Source of the DNA: an uncultured virus (IMG/VR IMGVR_UViG_3300034656_000087)
Taxonomy: Duplodnaviria > Heunggongvirae > Uroviricota > Caudoviricetes
IMG/VR virus record: IMGVR_UViG_3300034656_000087
DNA length: 64,000 nt
Strand: one strand, 5' to 3'
Part shown: positions 1 through 9,915 of the stretch, in pieces
Layout of the letters: each line of letters opens with the position of its first letter
How positions within the stretch are numbered: position 1 is the stretch's first letter
Program-made: the position numbers and the translations under genes
The notes under the pieces: generated by a model
Database searches by the model: none
Told to the model about the DNA's origin: nothing
The model's input: only the letters and a program-made list of their open reading frames with translations

Positions 1-273
1 ATAGAGTTCGGCGCGCGTGAACTCAAGCGGCTGATCCGCAGCGAGCTGGAAACCGCGCTGGCGCGCGAGATGCTGGGTGGCGGTATCGGCAAGGGCGATC
101 ACGCCAACGCCCGCTGGGACGACAAGGCCGAACGGGTGGTCTTCGAGCGCCAGGAGCCACCCGCGCAGCCGGCCGAGCCTGAAAAGCCCGATGCCGCGAA
201 CGTGGCCGAGGCACCGCCTAGCGACGAGAGCAAGGCTACGCGCAAGAAGAAGCCGGCGGACGGCGAATCTTGA
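1..273 (+). CDS. clpG: C-terminal end (partial) of ClpG/ClpK-type AAA+ disaggregase of the tLST/LHR heat-resistance island
   Basis: Frame 1 is open from base 1: EFGARELKRLIRSELETALAREMLGG, the Clp sensor-2 GARxLxR motif. It is followed by an acidic/Pro/Lys tail resembling ClpG-GI, and psiE-GI-like gene lies nearby. Confidence 0.8.
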   Translation: MEFGARELKRLIRSELETALAREMLGGGIGKGDHANARWDDKAERVVFERQEPPAQPAEPEKPDAANVAEAPPSDESKATRKKKPADGES

Positions 274-289
274 GCGATGGGTGGCTGTC

Positions 290-352
290 GTGTTCGACCC
301 CAACGGGCTGACATGGGCAGCCACCCTCGTGTCGCTGGCGGTCGCTATCCCA
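290..352 (+). pseudogene. Possible truncated N-terminus of the cardiolipin-synthase-like gene that follows clpG in tLST
   Basis: GTG-FDPNGLTWAATLVSLAVAIP hydrophobic start just after clpG, then the sequence diverges. Based on recalled synteny only. Confidence 0.3.
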
Positions 353-495
353 CCGCTTGCCGGTCTGGCCCACCTGGTGGGACGCGCCACCGGCCAGTCG
401 ATGCATAGCGACCCCAGCCACACAATCTTTGACGAAATGCGCTCCGAGTTGCAGAAACTTTGGAACCTCTGTTTCACCCCTAAGGAGCGTCACCT

Positions 496-990
496 TTGAA
501 CGAGACGCCTCAAATCTCAGCCCGACACGGCGACCAGATTAACCAGAATGCCCATTCTGGCAGTTGGCATCTCGATCTTGGCTCGCAACTCCTCACTTGC
601 TCCGATGAAGCCTGCCGCGTGCTCGGCCTGGATGTTGGTGCGCCAATAGCCTTCGAGCGATTCCTGCAGTGCATTCACCCTGAAGACCGCCCCCTCTTCG
701 ATAGGGCATGGGATGCTGCCATGTGCGGAAAGTCCCTTGATCTGCAGTATCGTATCGTCAGCGGAGGGCAGGTTCGCTGGATACACCTGCGGGCAACATT
801 CAAGGGCGACGCCTCTGGTCGGCCCAGAGCGGCAGACGGGACGGTAGAGGACATCACCGATCTCAAGAGGGTCGAGCAGGCGCTGAACTCTATGCGCCGA
901 CAGCGAGAAGAGTTGGCCAGCCACGTTCCCGGTATGCTTTACCAATACCGTCTTCGTCCGGACGGCAGCTCGGACTCCCCGTTCCATTAA
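496..990 (+). pseudogene. PAS/PAC sensor fragment (truncated signalling protein)
   Basis: One PAS_3-like domain (GSW...CIHPEDR...YRI...VRWI...GTVEDITDLK) followed by the start of a second PAS (VPGMLYQYRLRPDG) cut by a stop. No output domain. Confidence 0.7.
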
Positions 991-997
991 CGTTTCA

Positions 998-1489
998 TTG
1001 AAAGAGAGAGCAACGCTTATGCATAAAGAACCTGGCCACACGACCCTTGACGAGATGCGCTCCCAGTGGCGGTTGATGACGTTTTACGAGCGCTTCGAGC
1101 AGGTCGTCGCTCTCGTTCTGTCGGCGGTCATTGCCGTCATCATCGTGGTGTCGCTAATTCAGTTGATTCGGCTCGTCTTCACGCTGCTCGTCATGGATGC
1201 ACTGAATCCAACGGATCATAAGGCTTTTCAGATGGTATTCGGTGCCACCATGACCCTCCTGATCGCGATGGAATTCAAGCATTCGATCGTCAAAGTGGCG
1301 CTGCGTAAGGAAAGCATCATCCAGGTCAAGACCGTCATTCTGATCGCGATCCTGGCACTGGCCCGCAAGTTCATCATCCTTGACCCCGACATTGATCCTG
1401 CCAAACTGGCCGCCCTGGCGGGGATGATACTGGCCTTAGGTCTGACCTATTGGCTCATGCGTGAACGCGACGACCGGATAAGCGAGTGA
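998..1489 (+). CDS. psiE: PsiE-family membrane protein (PsiE-GI-like); start may be 1019
   Basis: MTFYERFEQVVALVLS...LLIAMEFKHSI...QVKTVILIAILALARKFIILD, four TM segments. Confidence 0.85.
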   Translation: MKERATLMHKEPGHTTLDEMRSQWRLMTFYERFEQVVALVLSAVIAVIIVVSLIQLIRLVFTLLVMDALNPTDHKAFQMVFGATMTLLIAMEFKHSIVKVALRKESIIQVKTVILIAILALARKFIILDPDIDPAKLAALAGMILALGLTYWLMRERDDRISE

Positions 1490-1552
1490 TTGGATCATGG
1501 CTCTTTATCGTCTAGACGATCGACACGATGCTAGGTCGTGGCACCGCTGGCG

Positions 1553-1668
1553 AGTTATTGCCAACTACTTTGGCCGCTTGGCGACAATTAAAATGGCCGG
1601 TTGGGTGGGGTAGTTGTCGGCCACAAACTGCCTGATGGGACATTTGTGGCCGATTAAGCGAGGTGGTA
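1553..1668 (+). mobile_element. Possible orphan IS21-family-like terminal segment
   Basis: GTTATTGCCAACTACTTTGGCC...ACAATTAAAATGGCC tandem motifs resemble IS21-family ends. 11-bp inverted repeat TCGGCCACAAA/TTTGTGGCCGA at 1617-1653. No transposase follows. Confidence 0.35.
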
Positions 1669-1980
1669 TCTAAGACTCCCGGCCCCCTAGGTAAGCACCC
1701 AATTTATAGCGCCGACCTGCGCCCCAGAACGACGCTTCAACCACCATGTTACAGGCGCGTTGAAGCTCTCGAAGGGTAATAGGTATATAGGGGGTGGCGA
1801 TCAGGTGTGCGTAGCCAGCAGAAAGCAGACCGTTTTTCTTTGGTGGCAACGACCATCCCAGCCGCAGCACCCAGGCAAGAAAAAATCTCTAGGCTCTTCC
1901 AGCAGGCCTGAGCGCTACACGGGGTCGCAGAGTCCCGGAATTCGTGCAGCTGTGAAATGGCTAGGTCTTCCTTACTTTTA

Positions 1981-2209
1981 TGTGGGTTAGCAGGAGATAT
2001 GGCACAGCGGCCTAATGTGGGACTACAAACAACAAAGAGGGATAAGGTGGGACGAGCGGCGAAATTTAGCGCCATAGATTCAGATAGTTACATGCAAGCA
2101 GCCAGTATAAAGCGACCGCATGATAGACGCCAGCAGTGCCAAAGATGCGCAAATTGAAAAATAGGCCGTTCCTGCGTGGAGCGGCCTTTTTTGTTGGATG
2201 TTTGGCACT
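1981..2209 (+). repeat. Mu-like left end with three putative transposase-binding motifs
   Basis: TGTGGGTTAGCAGGAGATATGGCAC aligns with the reverse complement of the right end (TGTAAACGCGCGGTATATTTGGCAC). AGTGCCAAAGAT at 2135; TTTGGCACT at 2201. Confidence 0.85.
2163..2192. terminator. Bidirectional intrinsic terminator downstream of the repressor gene
   Basis: AGGCCGTTCC-TGCGT-GGAGCGGCCT stem flanked by A-tract and T-tract. Confidence 0.75.
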
Positions 2210-2212
2210 GCC

Positions 2213-2917
2213 TCACAACCACCCAGCAGACCAAACAGCCCGCCCGATAATCTCCAGCTCTGCCAAGCGGTCACGCGGTACGATCACCTTATCGTACGCG
2301 CTGTTGGCGCTGATGATGGCGACCCCATCAAAGTTACGTTGTAACCGCTTGGCGTAGAGGTGTCCATCCAGGCGCAGGATATAGATACCCTCGCCCTCAA
2401 TCGTGGTGCGCGTGTGATCAATCAGCACCGTATCCCCGCTGTGCAGTACGGGTTCCATGCTATCACCGTCAATGCGGATCGCTGAGAGGTGATCCGGCGT
2501 CAGCCCCTGCTTGCGCAGTGAGTAGCGCGTGAAGCTGATATGCGTGAGCACACGACAGTTCTCATTCCAGGCACCCGCCCCAGCGCTGCACTGCGCGTCA
2601 TACAACGGCACAAAGGCGTAGTCCTCCATGCCTTGCACGTCTGCCGTACCGTTCGCCTCATCACCAAACGCTAGCCACTGCATATCTTTGCCCAACGCAT
2701 TAGCAATTTGCGCTAGACGATCAAGCGTCGGATAGGTATCACCGCTCAGATAACTGCGTATCGCACCCTCAGAAAGACCACACCTGCGTGAAAAAGCGCG
2801 CGCACTCTCTCCTCCGAGCACGCTTTTCAAGCGTGCGGGGAAGCATCCGATTCCATCAGTAGGCATCGGATGCTGACCTTCATCTTGCTGCTCAATATCC
2901 TTTTCTTCGTAACCCAC
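2213..2917 (-). CDS. c: Prophage repressor, XRE HTH plus S24 peptidase (CI-like); true start may be downstream
   Basis: HTH (ARAFSRRCGLSEGAIRSYLSG..PTLDRL) and S24 motifs (SAGAG, GDSMEP, AKRL); divergent from ner. Confidence 0.92.
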   Translation of the reverse strand: MGYEEKDIEQQDEGQHPMPTDGIGCFPARLKSVLGGESARAFSRRCGLSEGAIRSYLSGDTYPTLDRLAQIANALGKDMQWLAFGDEANGTADVQGMEDYAFVPLYDAQCSAGAGAWNENCRVLTHISFTRYSLRKQGLTPDHLSAIRIDGDSMEPVLHSGDTVLIDHTRTTIEGEGIYILRLDGHLYAKRLQRNFDGVAIISANSAYDKVIVPRDRLAELEIIGRAVWSAGWL

Positions 2918-2989
2918 TGTTTTAAAACCTTATACGCATAAAAAAGCGCAAAATACGCAATTAAAAACAACGGATGCTCATTTATCCGC

Positions 2990-3018
2990 TTGATGTGCGT
3001 TTTTATCCGCGTTATGTT
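2990..3018 (+). promoter_or_regulatory. Putative early promoter (Pe) with flanking operator-like repeats
   Basis: TTGATG-17 bp-TATGTT; TTTATCCGC repeated at 2981 and 3002; CGGATGC/GCATCCG motifs nearby. Confidence 0.6.
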
Positions 3019-3070
3019 TATGGGGAACCACAGGTTAGACACCCCAAAAAAACGCCACTGAGGTGACGCC

Positions 3071-3424
3071 ATGAACAGAGAAATTCCAATCAATCCATCT
3101 CAGCGTTGGGAGTGGCTGAAATATCAGCTGCGAAGCAAAGGCTACAGCTTGCGCAAATTAGGCGACGAGCTAGGCGTCACCGATAACGCAGTCCAGCTAG
3201 CTAAGTACACGCCCTACCCCCGCATGGAGCGCGCTATTGCCAAAAAGCTTGGCTTTGCTCCACAAGCTATTTGGCCAGAGCGCTGGAACCATGATGGAAC
3301 CCCCTGCCGAGAGCGCCCCAACCGTTCAGAAAAGCTGACAGTCGTAAAAGCGCAAAAACGTTTATGCGACAAGGATAGCGTTTCTAACGCTTCGGCGCAT
3401 CGTCAAATGGCGCAGGGAGCGTAG
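3071..3424 (+). CDS. ner: Ner-like DNA-binding regulator
   Basis: LRSKGYSLRKL...YPRMERAIAKKLG..PQAIWPERW, Ner/Nlp signature; position upstream of transposase. Confidence 0.9.
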   Translation: MNREIPINPSQRWEWLKYQLRSKGYSLRKLGDELGVTDNAVQLAKYTPYPRMERAIAKKLGFAPQAIWPERWNHDGTPCRERPNRSEKLTVVKAQKRLCDKDSVSNASAHRQMAQGA

Positions 3425-3426
3425 CC

Positions 3427-3864
3427 ATGAAGCGCGTCAAAGACACCCAAACGCTAGACATCTTTGAGGTACCGGCTCCAGTCGTGCCTGCACCAGGTAG
3501 CGGTAACTACGCCGCTCAGGTGAGTGAGCTGGTAGGGGTAATTCTCAAAGAGTGCCCCGTTGACCGTTATGAGGTGGCGGCGCAAATGAGCCGTCTATCG
3601 GGTGACGACGTTTCCAAACACATGCTGGACGCCTGGAGTTCTCCTGGACGTTGTGACCACAACATCCCCTTCTACCGCATTCCGCTATTAGAAGAAGTTT
3701 GTCAGAGCCACATTTTTACCAATTGGCTAGTGCATCAGCGTGGTGGCCGAGTGGCCTATGGCCGTGAAGCACTCGCTGCGGAATATGGCAAACGCCAGCA
3801 AATGCTCGAAAAGCTCAAGCAAGACATGAAAGAGCTGAAGCGTTTAATGGGAGATGTGGAATGA
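3427..3864 (+). CDS. Conserved Mu-like phage early protein, function unknown
   Basis: Tightly coupled ORF between ner and transposase. Confidence 0.75.
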   Translation: MKRVKDTQTLDIFEVPAPVVPAPGSGNYAAQVSELVGVILKECPVDRYEVAAQMSRLSGDDVSKHMLDAWSSPGRCDHNIPFYRIPLLEEVCQSHIFTNWLVHQRGGRVAYGREALAAEYGKRQQMLEKLKQDMKELKRLMGDVE

Positions 3865-5930
3865 ACTGGTTCACCGCCAAAGAGCTGGCAGGTCTACCAG
3901 GGCTGCCTGGCACCGAACGAAACGTGCGCGAATACGCCAAGCGCCATGGTTGGGAAGGCCAACGCCGCATAGGCAGCAAGGCCGTGGAATACGCCTTCGC
4001 CGTACTACCCAAAGAAACCCAAAACGCACTGCTGATCAAAAGTACAGACGCCGCAAAGCCCACATCACAGTCAAGGGGCTCTTGCATTAGTGAGGTGCAA
4101 ATAGAAGAGCAGCGCCCAAGCCAGCAGCAACTCACCGATGCTCAACGCCAAGTGATGGGTGCCCGCGTTGCGTTCGTCCGCGAGATCGAACGCATGAGCA
4201 AGATGGTCAGCCAGCAGCGCGCTATCGAAACGTTAGTCGCCCATGCCCAGGCCGACGATCTAACGCCTTACCTCAAACAGCGGGTAGTGCTGGCGAACGA
4301 CCGTAAAACAGAAACGCGCACCCTTAGCGAACGCACCCTCAAGCGCTGGATCGCTGACTTCCGCAAGCACGGTGAACGCGGCCTCGCCCCCAAACGCCGC
4401 AAAGCCGATATGAGCATGCCGCCGTGGGCCGGTGACTTTCTCAAGCGCTACCAGAAGCCGCAGAAACCATCGGTCGAAGCGGCCTATCAACTGCTTGTCG
4501 AGCAGACCGAGCCGCCGCACCCTTCTATCCATCAGGTGCGCCGCTGGCTTGCCAAGCTGTCACCGGAAGCGCGTGAGCGTGGCCGCATGGGTGCGCATGA
4601 GCTGAAAGCCCTCCAGCCCTTCAAGCGCCGCACCAGCGACGCGCTACTGCCCAACGATGTGTGGGTAGCGGATGGCCACACCTTCGATGCCGAAGTGATC
4701 AACCCGCTCACCGGCCAGGCTTTCCGGCCCGAGATTACCTTGATCATCGATTGGGGCACCCGCCGCATCGTCGGCTTTGCCCTCAACCTTGCCGAATCCA
4801 CTGTGGCCACGCTGGATGCACTGCGCGATGCCGTGAGCCGCGTAGGCATGTTCAACCTGTTCTATGTCGATAACGGTTCAGGCTTTGACAACGCCACTGT
4901 TTACGAAGTGGTCGACCGCCTGGGGGGCAGCATTACCCACTCACTGCCCTACAACTCCCAGGCACGCGGCGTCATTGAACGCGCCCACCAAACCATCCTG
5001 GTGAAACTGGCTAAAGAGATGCCCAGCTTTATTGGCGCAGATATGGATAAAGAAGCCGCCACTAAAGCGCACAAGTTAAGCCGCCGCGATATTAAACAAG
5101 GGTTAAATCCCGCCTTTATTCCCACGTTTCAAGAGTTCTTCGAGCGCTTGAACGACGCCCTGGATGTTTATAACCACCGGCCCCACAAAGGGCTGCCCAA
5201 AGTGCGCGACTTAGACAGCGGCAAGCTACGCCACCAAAGCCCCATGGAAGCCTGGAAAAGTGCCGAGGCCGAAGGCTTCGAAGCGCTCACCGCACCCAGT
5301 GATGTGGTCGCCTCGCTTATGCGCCCGCAAGAAGTGCGCAAAACCAACCGTGGCGAAGTGCGTATCAACGGCGGCGTCTACTTCATGGATGCCCTGCGCG
5401 ACTTCCACGGCGAAGAGATCCGTGTGGCCTGGGATTACCGCGACACCGGCTGCGTCGGCATCTTCACCCTGGAAGGTGAATACCTCGGCGATGCTCAACT
5501 AGATGGCAACGCCACACCCGCGATGCCCGCCAGCATGATCGAACGTGCCGCCGAAAAACGCGAAAAAGGCCAACTCAACCGTTTGGTGCAAAAAGCCAAG
5601 GTGGTCACCGGTAGCGATGTGGAGTTCAGAACGATTACCCCCGCCGCCCGCCAATCAGACGAAAAGCAGGCTGCCCAAGGCCGCGCCTACGCCAAGCGGC
5701 TGGCCGATCAAGGCACACGCTTTCAGATACCCCACAACAAGATGGAGCGCTATCGGCTCTGGAAGAAGCTGGATGGACAACTACAGCAAGGAGAAGAAGT
5801 ACCCGCCGCCGCCCGCGAATGGCACGAGCGTTACCAGCACCACAGTGATTTAAAAGCCATCGCCAAAGTGATGGATACCGAAATGGATGCAGGTGGGCGG
5901 CAACCCACCCGCACCCGACGGGCCGTCTGA
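3861..5930 (+). CDS. A: Mu-like DDE transposase (MuA)
   Basis: N-terminal Mu DNA-binding domain (WFTAKELAGLPGLP); catalytic WVADGH...YVDNGSG...GVIER; Mu-transposase C-terminal region. Confidence 0.97.
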   Translation: MNWFTAKELAGLPGLPGTERNVREYAKRHGWEGQRRIGSKAVEYAFAVLPKETQNALLIKSTDAAKPTSQSRGSCISEVQIEEQRPSQQQLTDAQRQVMGARVAFVREIERMSKMVSQQRAIETLVAHAQADDLTPYLKQRVVLANDRKTETRTLSERTLKRWIADFRKHGERGLAPKRRKADMSMPPWAGDFLKRYQKPQKPSVEAAYQLLVEQTEPPHPSIHQVRRWLAKLSPEARERGRMGAHELKALQPFKRRTSDALLPNDVWVADGHTFDAEVINPLTGQAFRPEITLIIDWGTRRIVGFALNLAESTVATLDALRDAVSRVGMFNLFYVDNGSGFDNATVYEVVDRLGGSITHSLPYNSQARGVIERAHQTILVKLAKEMPSFIGADMDKEAATKAHKLSRRDIKQGLNPAFIPTFQEFFERLNDALDVYNHRPHKGLPKVRDLDSGKLRHQSPMEAWKSAEAEGFEALTAPSDVVASLMRPQEVRKTNRGEVRINGGVYFMDALRDFHGEEIRVAWDYRDTGCVGIFTLEGEYLGDAQLDGNATPAMPASMIERAAEKREKGQLNRLVQKAKVVTGSDVEFRTITPAARQSDEKQAAQGRAYAKRLADQGTRFQIPHNKMERYRLWKKLDGQLQQGEEVPAAAREWHERYQHHSDLKAIAKVMDTEMDAGGRQPTRTRRAV

Positions 5931-5969
5931 ACCACGGCCCATGACACCCGCAGCAATTAAGGAACTGAT

Positions 5970-6689
5970 ATGAGCGTCAACACCATTGTACCACTCACCA
6001 ACGTTGGCCTACTGGCCGCCGCTGTCGAAAGCGCCGCCAACCGCCCACCAGAACTACCTGGCTTAGTGGTCATGTACGGCCCCAGCGGCTACGGCAAAAG
6101 CCTGGCAGCCGCCTATGCCGCCAACCTGCACCGCGCCTACTACGTCGAGTGCCGCGAAAGCTGGACGAAGAAAGCGTTCGTGGTTGCCATCCTGCGCGAG
6201 ATGGGCATCATCCCCATGAAGACGCTGAGCGAGATGGTCGACCAGATCGCCGAGCAGCTCTCCCGCTCTGGTCGCCCGCTGATCATTGATGACGTTCAGT
6301 ACGTCATCGACAAAGCCGCCGCCAACGTTTTAACGGACATCTATAACGCCAGCCAAGGCACCCTGATTTTGATCGGTGAAGAGCGCGTGCCTGCCTCCAT
6401 GGCTCGCCTGGAGCGCCTGCATAACCGCGTCCTAGAATGGGTGCCCGCCCAAGCCGCCAGCCTGGACGACGTGTGTGCCCTGGCCGCCAAAAGCTACCCC
6501 GACATCATCATCGAAGACGACCTGCTAGACGCCATCAACCACCGTGTTAAAGGCTGCCTGCGCCGTGTGGCGGTGAACCTCTACCAGATCCACTCCGAAG
6601 CCACCGCCCAGGGCTGGAAGACAGTGGGCCTAAGCGAGTGGAGCGAGCAAGACATCCACACCGGCCAACCACCGGCGCGGAGGGGCTGA
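5970..6689 (+). CDS. B: Transposition AAA ATPase (MuB-like)
   Basis: Walker A GPSGYGKS, Walker B LIIDD; directly after transposase. Confidence 0.93.
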   Translation: MSVNTIVPLTNVGLLAAAVESAANRPPELPGLVVMYGPSGYGKSLAAAYAANLHRAYYVECRESWTKKAFVVAILREMGIIPMKTLSEMVDQIAEQLSRSGRPLIIDDVQYVIDKAAANVLTDIYNASQGTLILIGEERVPASMARLERLHNRVLEWVPAQAASLDDVCALAAKSYPDIIIEDDLLDAINHRVKGCLRRVAVNLYQIHSEATAQGWKTVGLSEWSEQDIHTGQPPARRG

Positions 6690-6691
6690 GC

Positions 6692-7339
6692 ATGTCGTCC
6701 AAGAACGTCGCAAAGCGTAAAACGCTATCCGCACTGGCGGGAGATGTCACCCCTCGCCAGCTTATCTGGGACGCCATTCGTCACCAGCATTTAGACGATG
6801 GCATCATCACCATGCAGGGCATTCGCATTGCCCTCAAACGTCACCCGGAACTCAGCGAGAGCCGCATTAGCGACTATCTCCGGGCGTTGATCGCAGGCGG
6901 CTTCCTGGTGCGCCGCAACCCCGACGCACCACCCGCCACCACGGCCATCTACTTCCTGCAGCGCGATGTCGGTGTGGAAGCCCCCCGCGTGCGCCGGGAT
7001 GGCACGCTGCCACCGCCCCCAGGGCGCGAACAGCTCTGGCGCACGCTCAAAATCATTGGTGCGTTTACCGGCCAAGAGCTAGCCGATGCCGCCAGCACGC
7101 CTCAAGTGCCGGTCGCCAAAGCCACCGCTGATGAGTACATCAAGATGCTCTCTCGGGCTGGGTACCTGCAAACCGTGGTGGAACCCTCCCCTGGCGTGCC
7201 AGGGCGCTATCGCCTGGTGCCCAGCCACTGGACCGGCCCCATGGCCCCCATGATTCGGCGCACCAAAGAACTCTACGACCCCAACACCGGGGCCGTGGTG
7301 TACCGCCGGGTCACCAAAACCGAAGGGGGCGAGCCATGA
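6692..7339 (+). CDS. Mu-like phage early protein, probable tandem winged-HTH
   Basis: ATG 6692 just after the B stop; two HTH-like segments. Confidence 0.7.
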   Translation: MSSKNVAKRKTLSALAGDVTPRQLIWDAIRHQHLDDGIITMQGIRIALKRHPELSESRISDYLRALIAGGFLVRRNPDAPPATTAIYFLQRDVGVEAPRVRRDGTLPPPPGREQLWRTLKIIGAFTGQELADAASTPQVPVAKATADEYIKMLSRAGYLQTVVEPSPGVPGRYRLVPSHWTGPMAPMIRRTKELYDPNTGAVVYRRVTKTEGGEP

Positions 7340-7719
7340 ACGCCATTCGCCGCACCCGCGCCGTAGATATCTCCAACTGGGGCGAAGCGCCGCCCCGCTG
7401 GATTGTGCTGCTCGCCAACGAAGTGCGCGCCACCAATCGCAAGATGGCCGGTGATCGCATCGGCGTCTCGCGCAGCGCGGTATCCCTGGCACTGGCCAAC
7501 CGCTACCCCAGCCCATCTACCAGCAGCATCGAAAAGAAGGTGCTGGAAGCGCTGGATGGCCTGAACTGCCCCGCGCAAGAACGCACCATCAGCGTAGAAC
7601 AGTGCCGCGAGTACCGCTCGCGCCCAGCGCCCACCCATAACCCCATGGCCATGCGCCTATGGCGCAGCTGCCAAACCTGCCCGAACAACCCCGACCGCCA
7701 GCAGGGAGAAGACCAATGA
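7336..7719 (+). CDS. HTH protein with C-terminal Cys cluster
   Basis: KMAGDRIGVSRSAVSLAL HTH; CP...C...CQTCP; ATGA overlap. Confidence 0.7.
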   Translation: MNAIRRTRAVDISNWGEAPPRWIVLLANEVRATNRKMAGDRIGVSRSAVSLALANRYPSPSTSSIEKKVLEALDGLNCPAQERTISVEQCREYRSRPAPTHNPMAMRLWRSCQTCPNNPDRQQGEDQ

Positions 7720-8351
7720 CCCTCAAAGCCACCTGCCCAGAATGCGGCATGAGCGGCGACATGGCCGCGTTCGTCACCCAAGGCGAACACAACCAGGCGC
7801 TGGCCGCCGCGCTGGAAATGCCCGCCTTACTGAGCAGCCGCATCGTGCGCTACCTCGGCCTGTTCCGGCCCAAATCACGGGCATTGGCCAGCGCCAAAAG
7901 CGCCCGCCTGCTGGGCGAGCTGAAGGACGTCATCACCAGCGGCATGATCGAGCGTAAAGGCATTACCCGTGAAGCACCGCTTAAGGTCTGGGTGATGGCG
8001 CTTGACCAGTTGCTAGAGCGCCCGCCCAGCAACCTGCCACTCACCGGCCACGGCTACCTCTATGAAGTGGTGGCCAACTGCGCCGACCGCCACGCCGCCG
8101 ACGTGGAAAAACAGCGTGAGGAGCAGGTTCGTAGCGGTGCCAAACAGCCTGCAAACCGTGCTGCTGTTGCACCCCTGCGCGAGCGCACCACCGATGACGT
8201 CCTTGCCGAGCATGAGCGGTTAGCCCAGCGCAAGGCACACGTTACCCACCAGCGCCAGCCGCAACACGACAAAGCCGCTGAAAAAGCCAACGCCCCCAAG
8301 CGCCTGAGCGACCTACTGAAAGGGGCAGCCAGCCAGGGAGAAAAGCCATGA
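7716..8351 (+). CDS. Mu-like phage hypothetical protein with N-terminal CPECG
   Basis: ATGA overlap and SD GGGAG. Confidence 0.75.
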   Translation: MTLKATCPECGMSGDMAAFVTQGEHNQALAAALEMPALLSSRIVRYLGLFRPKSRALASAKSARLLGELKDVITSGMIERKGITREAPLKVWVMALDQLLERPPSNLPLTGHGYLYEVVANCADRHAADVEKQREEQVRSGAKQPANRAAVAPLRERTTDDVLAEHERLAQRKAHVTHQRQPQHDKAAEKANAPKRLSDLLKGAASQGEKP

Positions 8352-8752
8352 GAACGTACAGCGATGCCCACATCGAGCATTACGCCGACCGCTTCATCGC
8401 CCTGCGCATCGCCCGCCACGGCGTGGATCTCGCGCAGTACCTGATCAACCCCACCCAGTTTGAGCGCCTGGCCTTAGAGCCAGAGCCGTTGCTGCCCAAG
8501 CAGCAAATGGCCGTGCTGCGCATCTGGCAGCGCTGGGACACCGGCCTAGCTGAGCAGGCAGCGGCTCCTGAAGCCACCGAAGAAAAGCCGTTCGAGCTGC
8601 CCGGTGAATACGCCGTGTGGGAGGAGTTCCTGCTGGGCATTGGCAACAACAAAGCCATACGCCAACGCAACGGTGCCTATGTCGAGCCGATGCACCACCA
8701 CCGCCACAACCCCCGTAACCGCAGCGCCAACTTTGCCCGTAAAGGAGCCTAA
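8348..8752 (+). CDS. Hypothetical phage protein
   Basis: ATGA-coupled ORF with SD. Confidence 0.7.
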   Translation: MRTYSDAHIEHYADRFIALRIARHGVDLAQYLINPTQFERLALEPEPLLPKQQMAVLRIWQRWDTGLAEQAAAPEATEEKPFELPGEYAVWEEFLLGIGNNKAIRQRNGAYVEPMHHHRHNPRNRSANFARKGA

Positions 8753-8754
8753 TC

Positions 8755-9387
8755 ATGAATACCGTTACCACAGAGATTCAGCAAGTACCCGAAGGCTTCC
8801 GCATGGATGCCAAGGGCCGCTTGATCCCTGAGTCGCAGATCAAGCCCATCGACCAAGTGCGCGATGAACTCGTGCTCTCCATCGTCGACCGCGCCACCGA
8901 GCTGCGCGACCAGCTACGCGACTTCAAAGCCGATGTGTTTAGCGAGATCGCCGCACTCATCGAAACGTCGGCCCAGGAGTACGACGTTCAGATCGGTGGC
9001 AAGAAAGGCAACGTGCAGCTCGTTTCCTTCTGTGGCCGCTACAAAGTGCTGCGCGCCATCTCCGAGACCATCACCTTCGATGAGCGTCTCCAGGCGGCAA
9101 AGGGGCTGATTGAAGAGTGCTTGCGCGATTGGACAACCGACGCCCGCCCTGAAGTGGCCACCATCGTGCAAGACGCCTTTCGCGTCGACCAAGCGGGCAA
9201 CATCCGCACCGGTCAAGTGTTAGGCCTGCGCCGTTTGCACATCCACGACAAGCGCTGGCTGAAGGCGATGGACGCCATTTCCGATGCAGTGCAAGTGACA
9301 GGCTCCAAAAGCTACATCCGCATCTATGAGCGCGTCGGTAGCACCGACCAATACAAGCCCATCAGCCTAGATATCGCGGGGGTGTGA
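8755..9387 (+). CDS. DUF3164-family Mu-like phage protein
   Basis: DAKGRLIP..IKPID..RD, GGKKGNV, SKSYIRIYER...ISLDIA. Confidence 0.88.
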   Translation: MNTVTTEIQQVPEGFRMDAKGRLIPESQIKPIDQVRDELVLSIVDRATELRDQLRDFKADVFSEIAALIETSAQEYDVQIGGKKGNVQLVSFCGRYKVLRAISETITFDERLQAAKGLIEECLRDWTTDARPEVATIVQDAFRVDQAGNIRTGQVLGLRRLHIHDKRWLKAMDAISDAVQVTGSKSYIRIYERVGSTDQYKPISLDIAGV

Positions 9388-9388
9388 G

Positions 9389-9754
9389 ATGAAAAAGCAC
9401 GTTAGCGCATATTGCTTTGCCAGCGGAGAAATTCAGGTTGGCTCACGTGTTCCTGGAGGCGCAGTCGTTCTTGCGACAGGCCCCCGAACAGAACTGAAGC
9501 GGGAGATCGATGTGGTGTCACGGCTTGCTTATGACAACCGCACGCAGTTGGTTCCTGGCATGCCTGAGTCACAGTCAGTCGAAAGCGCCATCAACGCGGT
9601 TGTTGCTTTCGTCAAATGGGCAAAAAGCCGTAGCTGCCCAGCTTGCGAATGGAGAGATCCCGCCGAGCTTGAGCAGCAGTTACGCGGAAAAGTAGGCATC
9701 ACGGATGACGATGGTCATACCGCCGACCCAGAAGCTTTTGAGACGGAGGCCTAA
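9389..9754 (+). CDS. Phage early protein (family often labelled host-nuclease inhibitor)
   Basis: AYCFASGEI...PGGAVVLATG...LVPGMPE pattern recalled from Mu-like phages. Confidence 0.55.
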   Translation: MKKHVSAYCFASGEIQVGSRVPGGAVVLATGPRTELKREIDVVSRLAYDNRTQLVPGMPESQSVESAINAVVAFVKWAKSRSCPACEWRDPAELEQQLRGKVGITDDDGHTADPEAFETEA

Positions 9755-9756
9755 CC

Positions 9757-9915
9757 ATGCCCAGCAAGTGCGCCTATTTCTACCAACTCCAAGAGCGCGG
9801 CATCAGTGCCGCCAACGCTAAAAAGTGGCTCAAGGCAAACCCACCACCGCGCAAATGGAAACACTCAGCATGGCGTTGGGCGAGCGAGAACATGACCGAC
9901 GAGGTGACCCAATGA
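9757..9915 (+). CDS. Small hypothetical protein (52 aa), not in the ORF track
   Basis: SD GGAGG, ATG 9757, MPSKCAYFYQLQERG...; stop overlaps the next ATG. Confidence 0.6.
   Translation: MPSKCAYFYQLQERGISAANAKKWLKANPPPRKWKHSAWRWASENMTDEVTQ

Noticed and set aside
2093..2110. Alternative Mu left end TGCAAGCAGCCAGTATAA
   Set aside because: Partial similarity to the right end, but its flank (TTACA) does not match TTTTA. The 1981 end gives the duplication, the TGGCAC motif and the restored hairpin.
1670..2357. Several short ORFs around the Mu left junction
   Set aside because: They span the insertion junction or end motifs, lack SDs and show no recognisable motifs.
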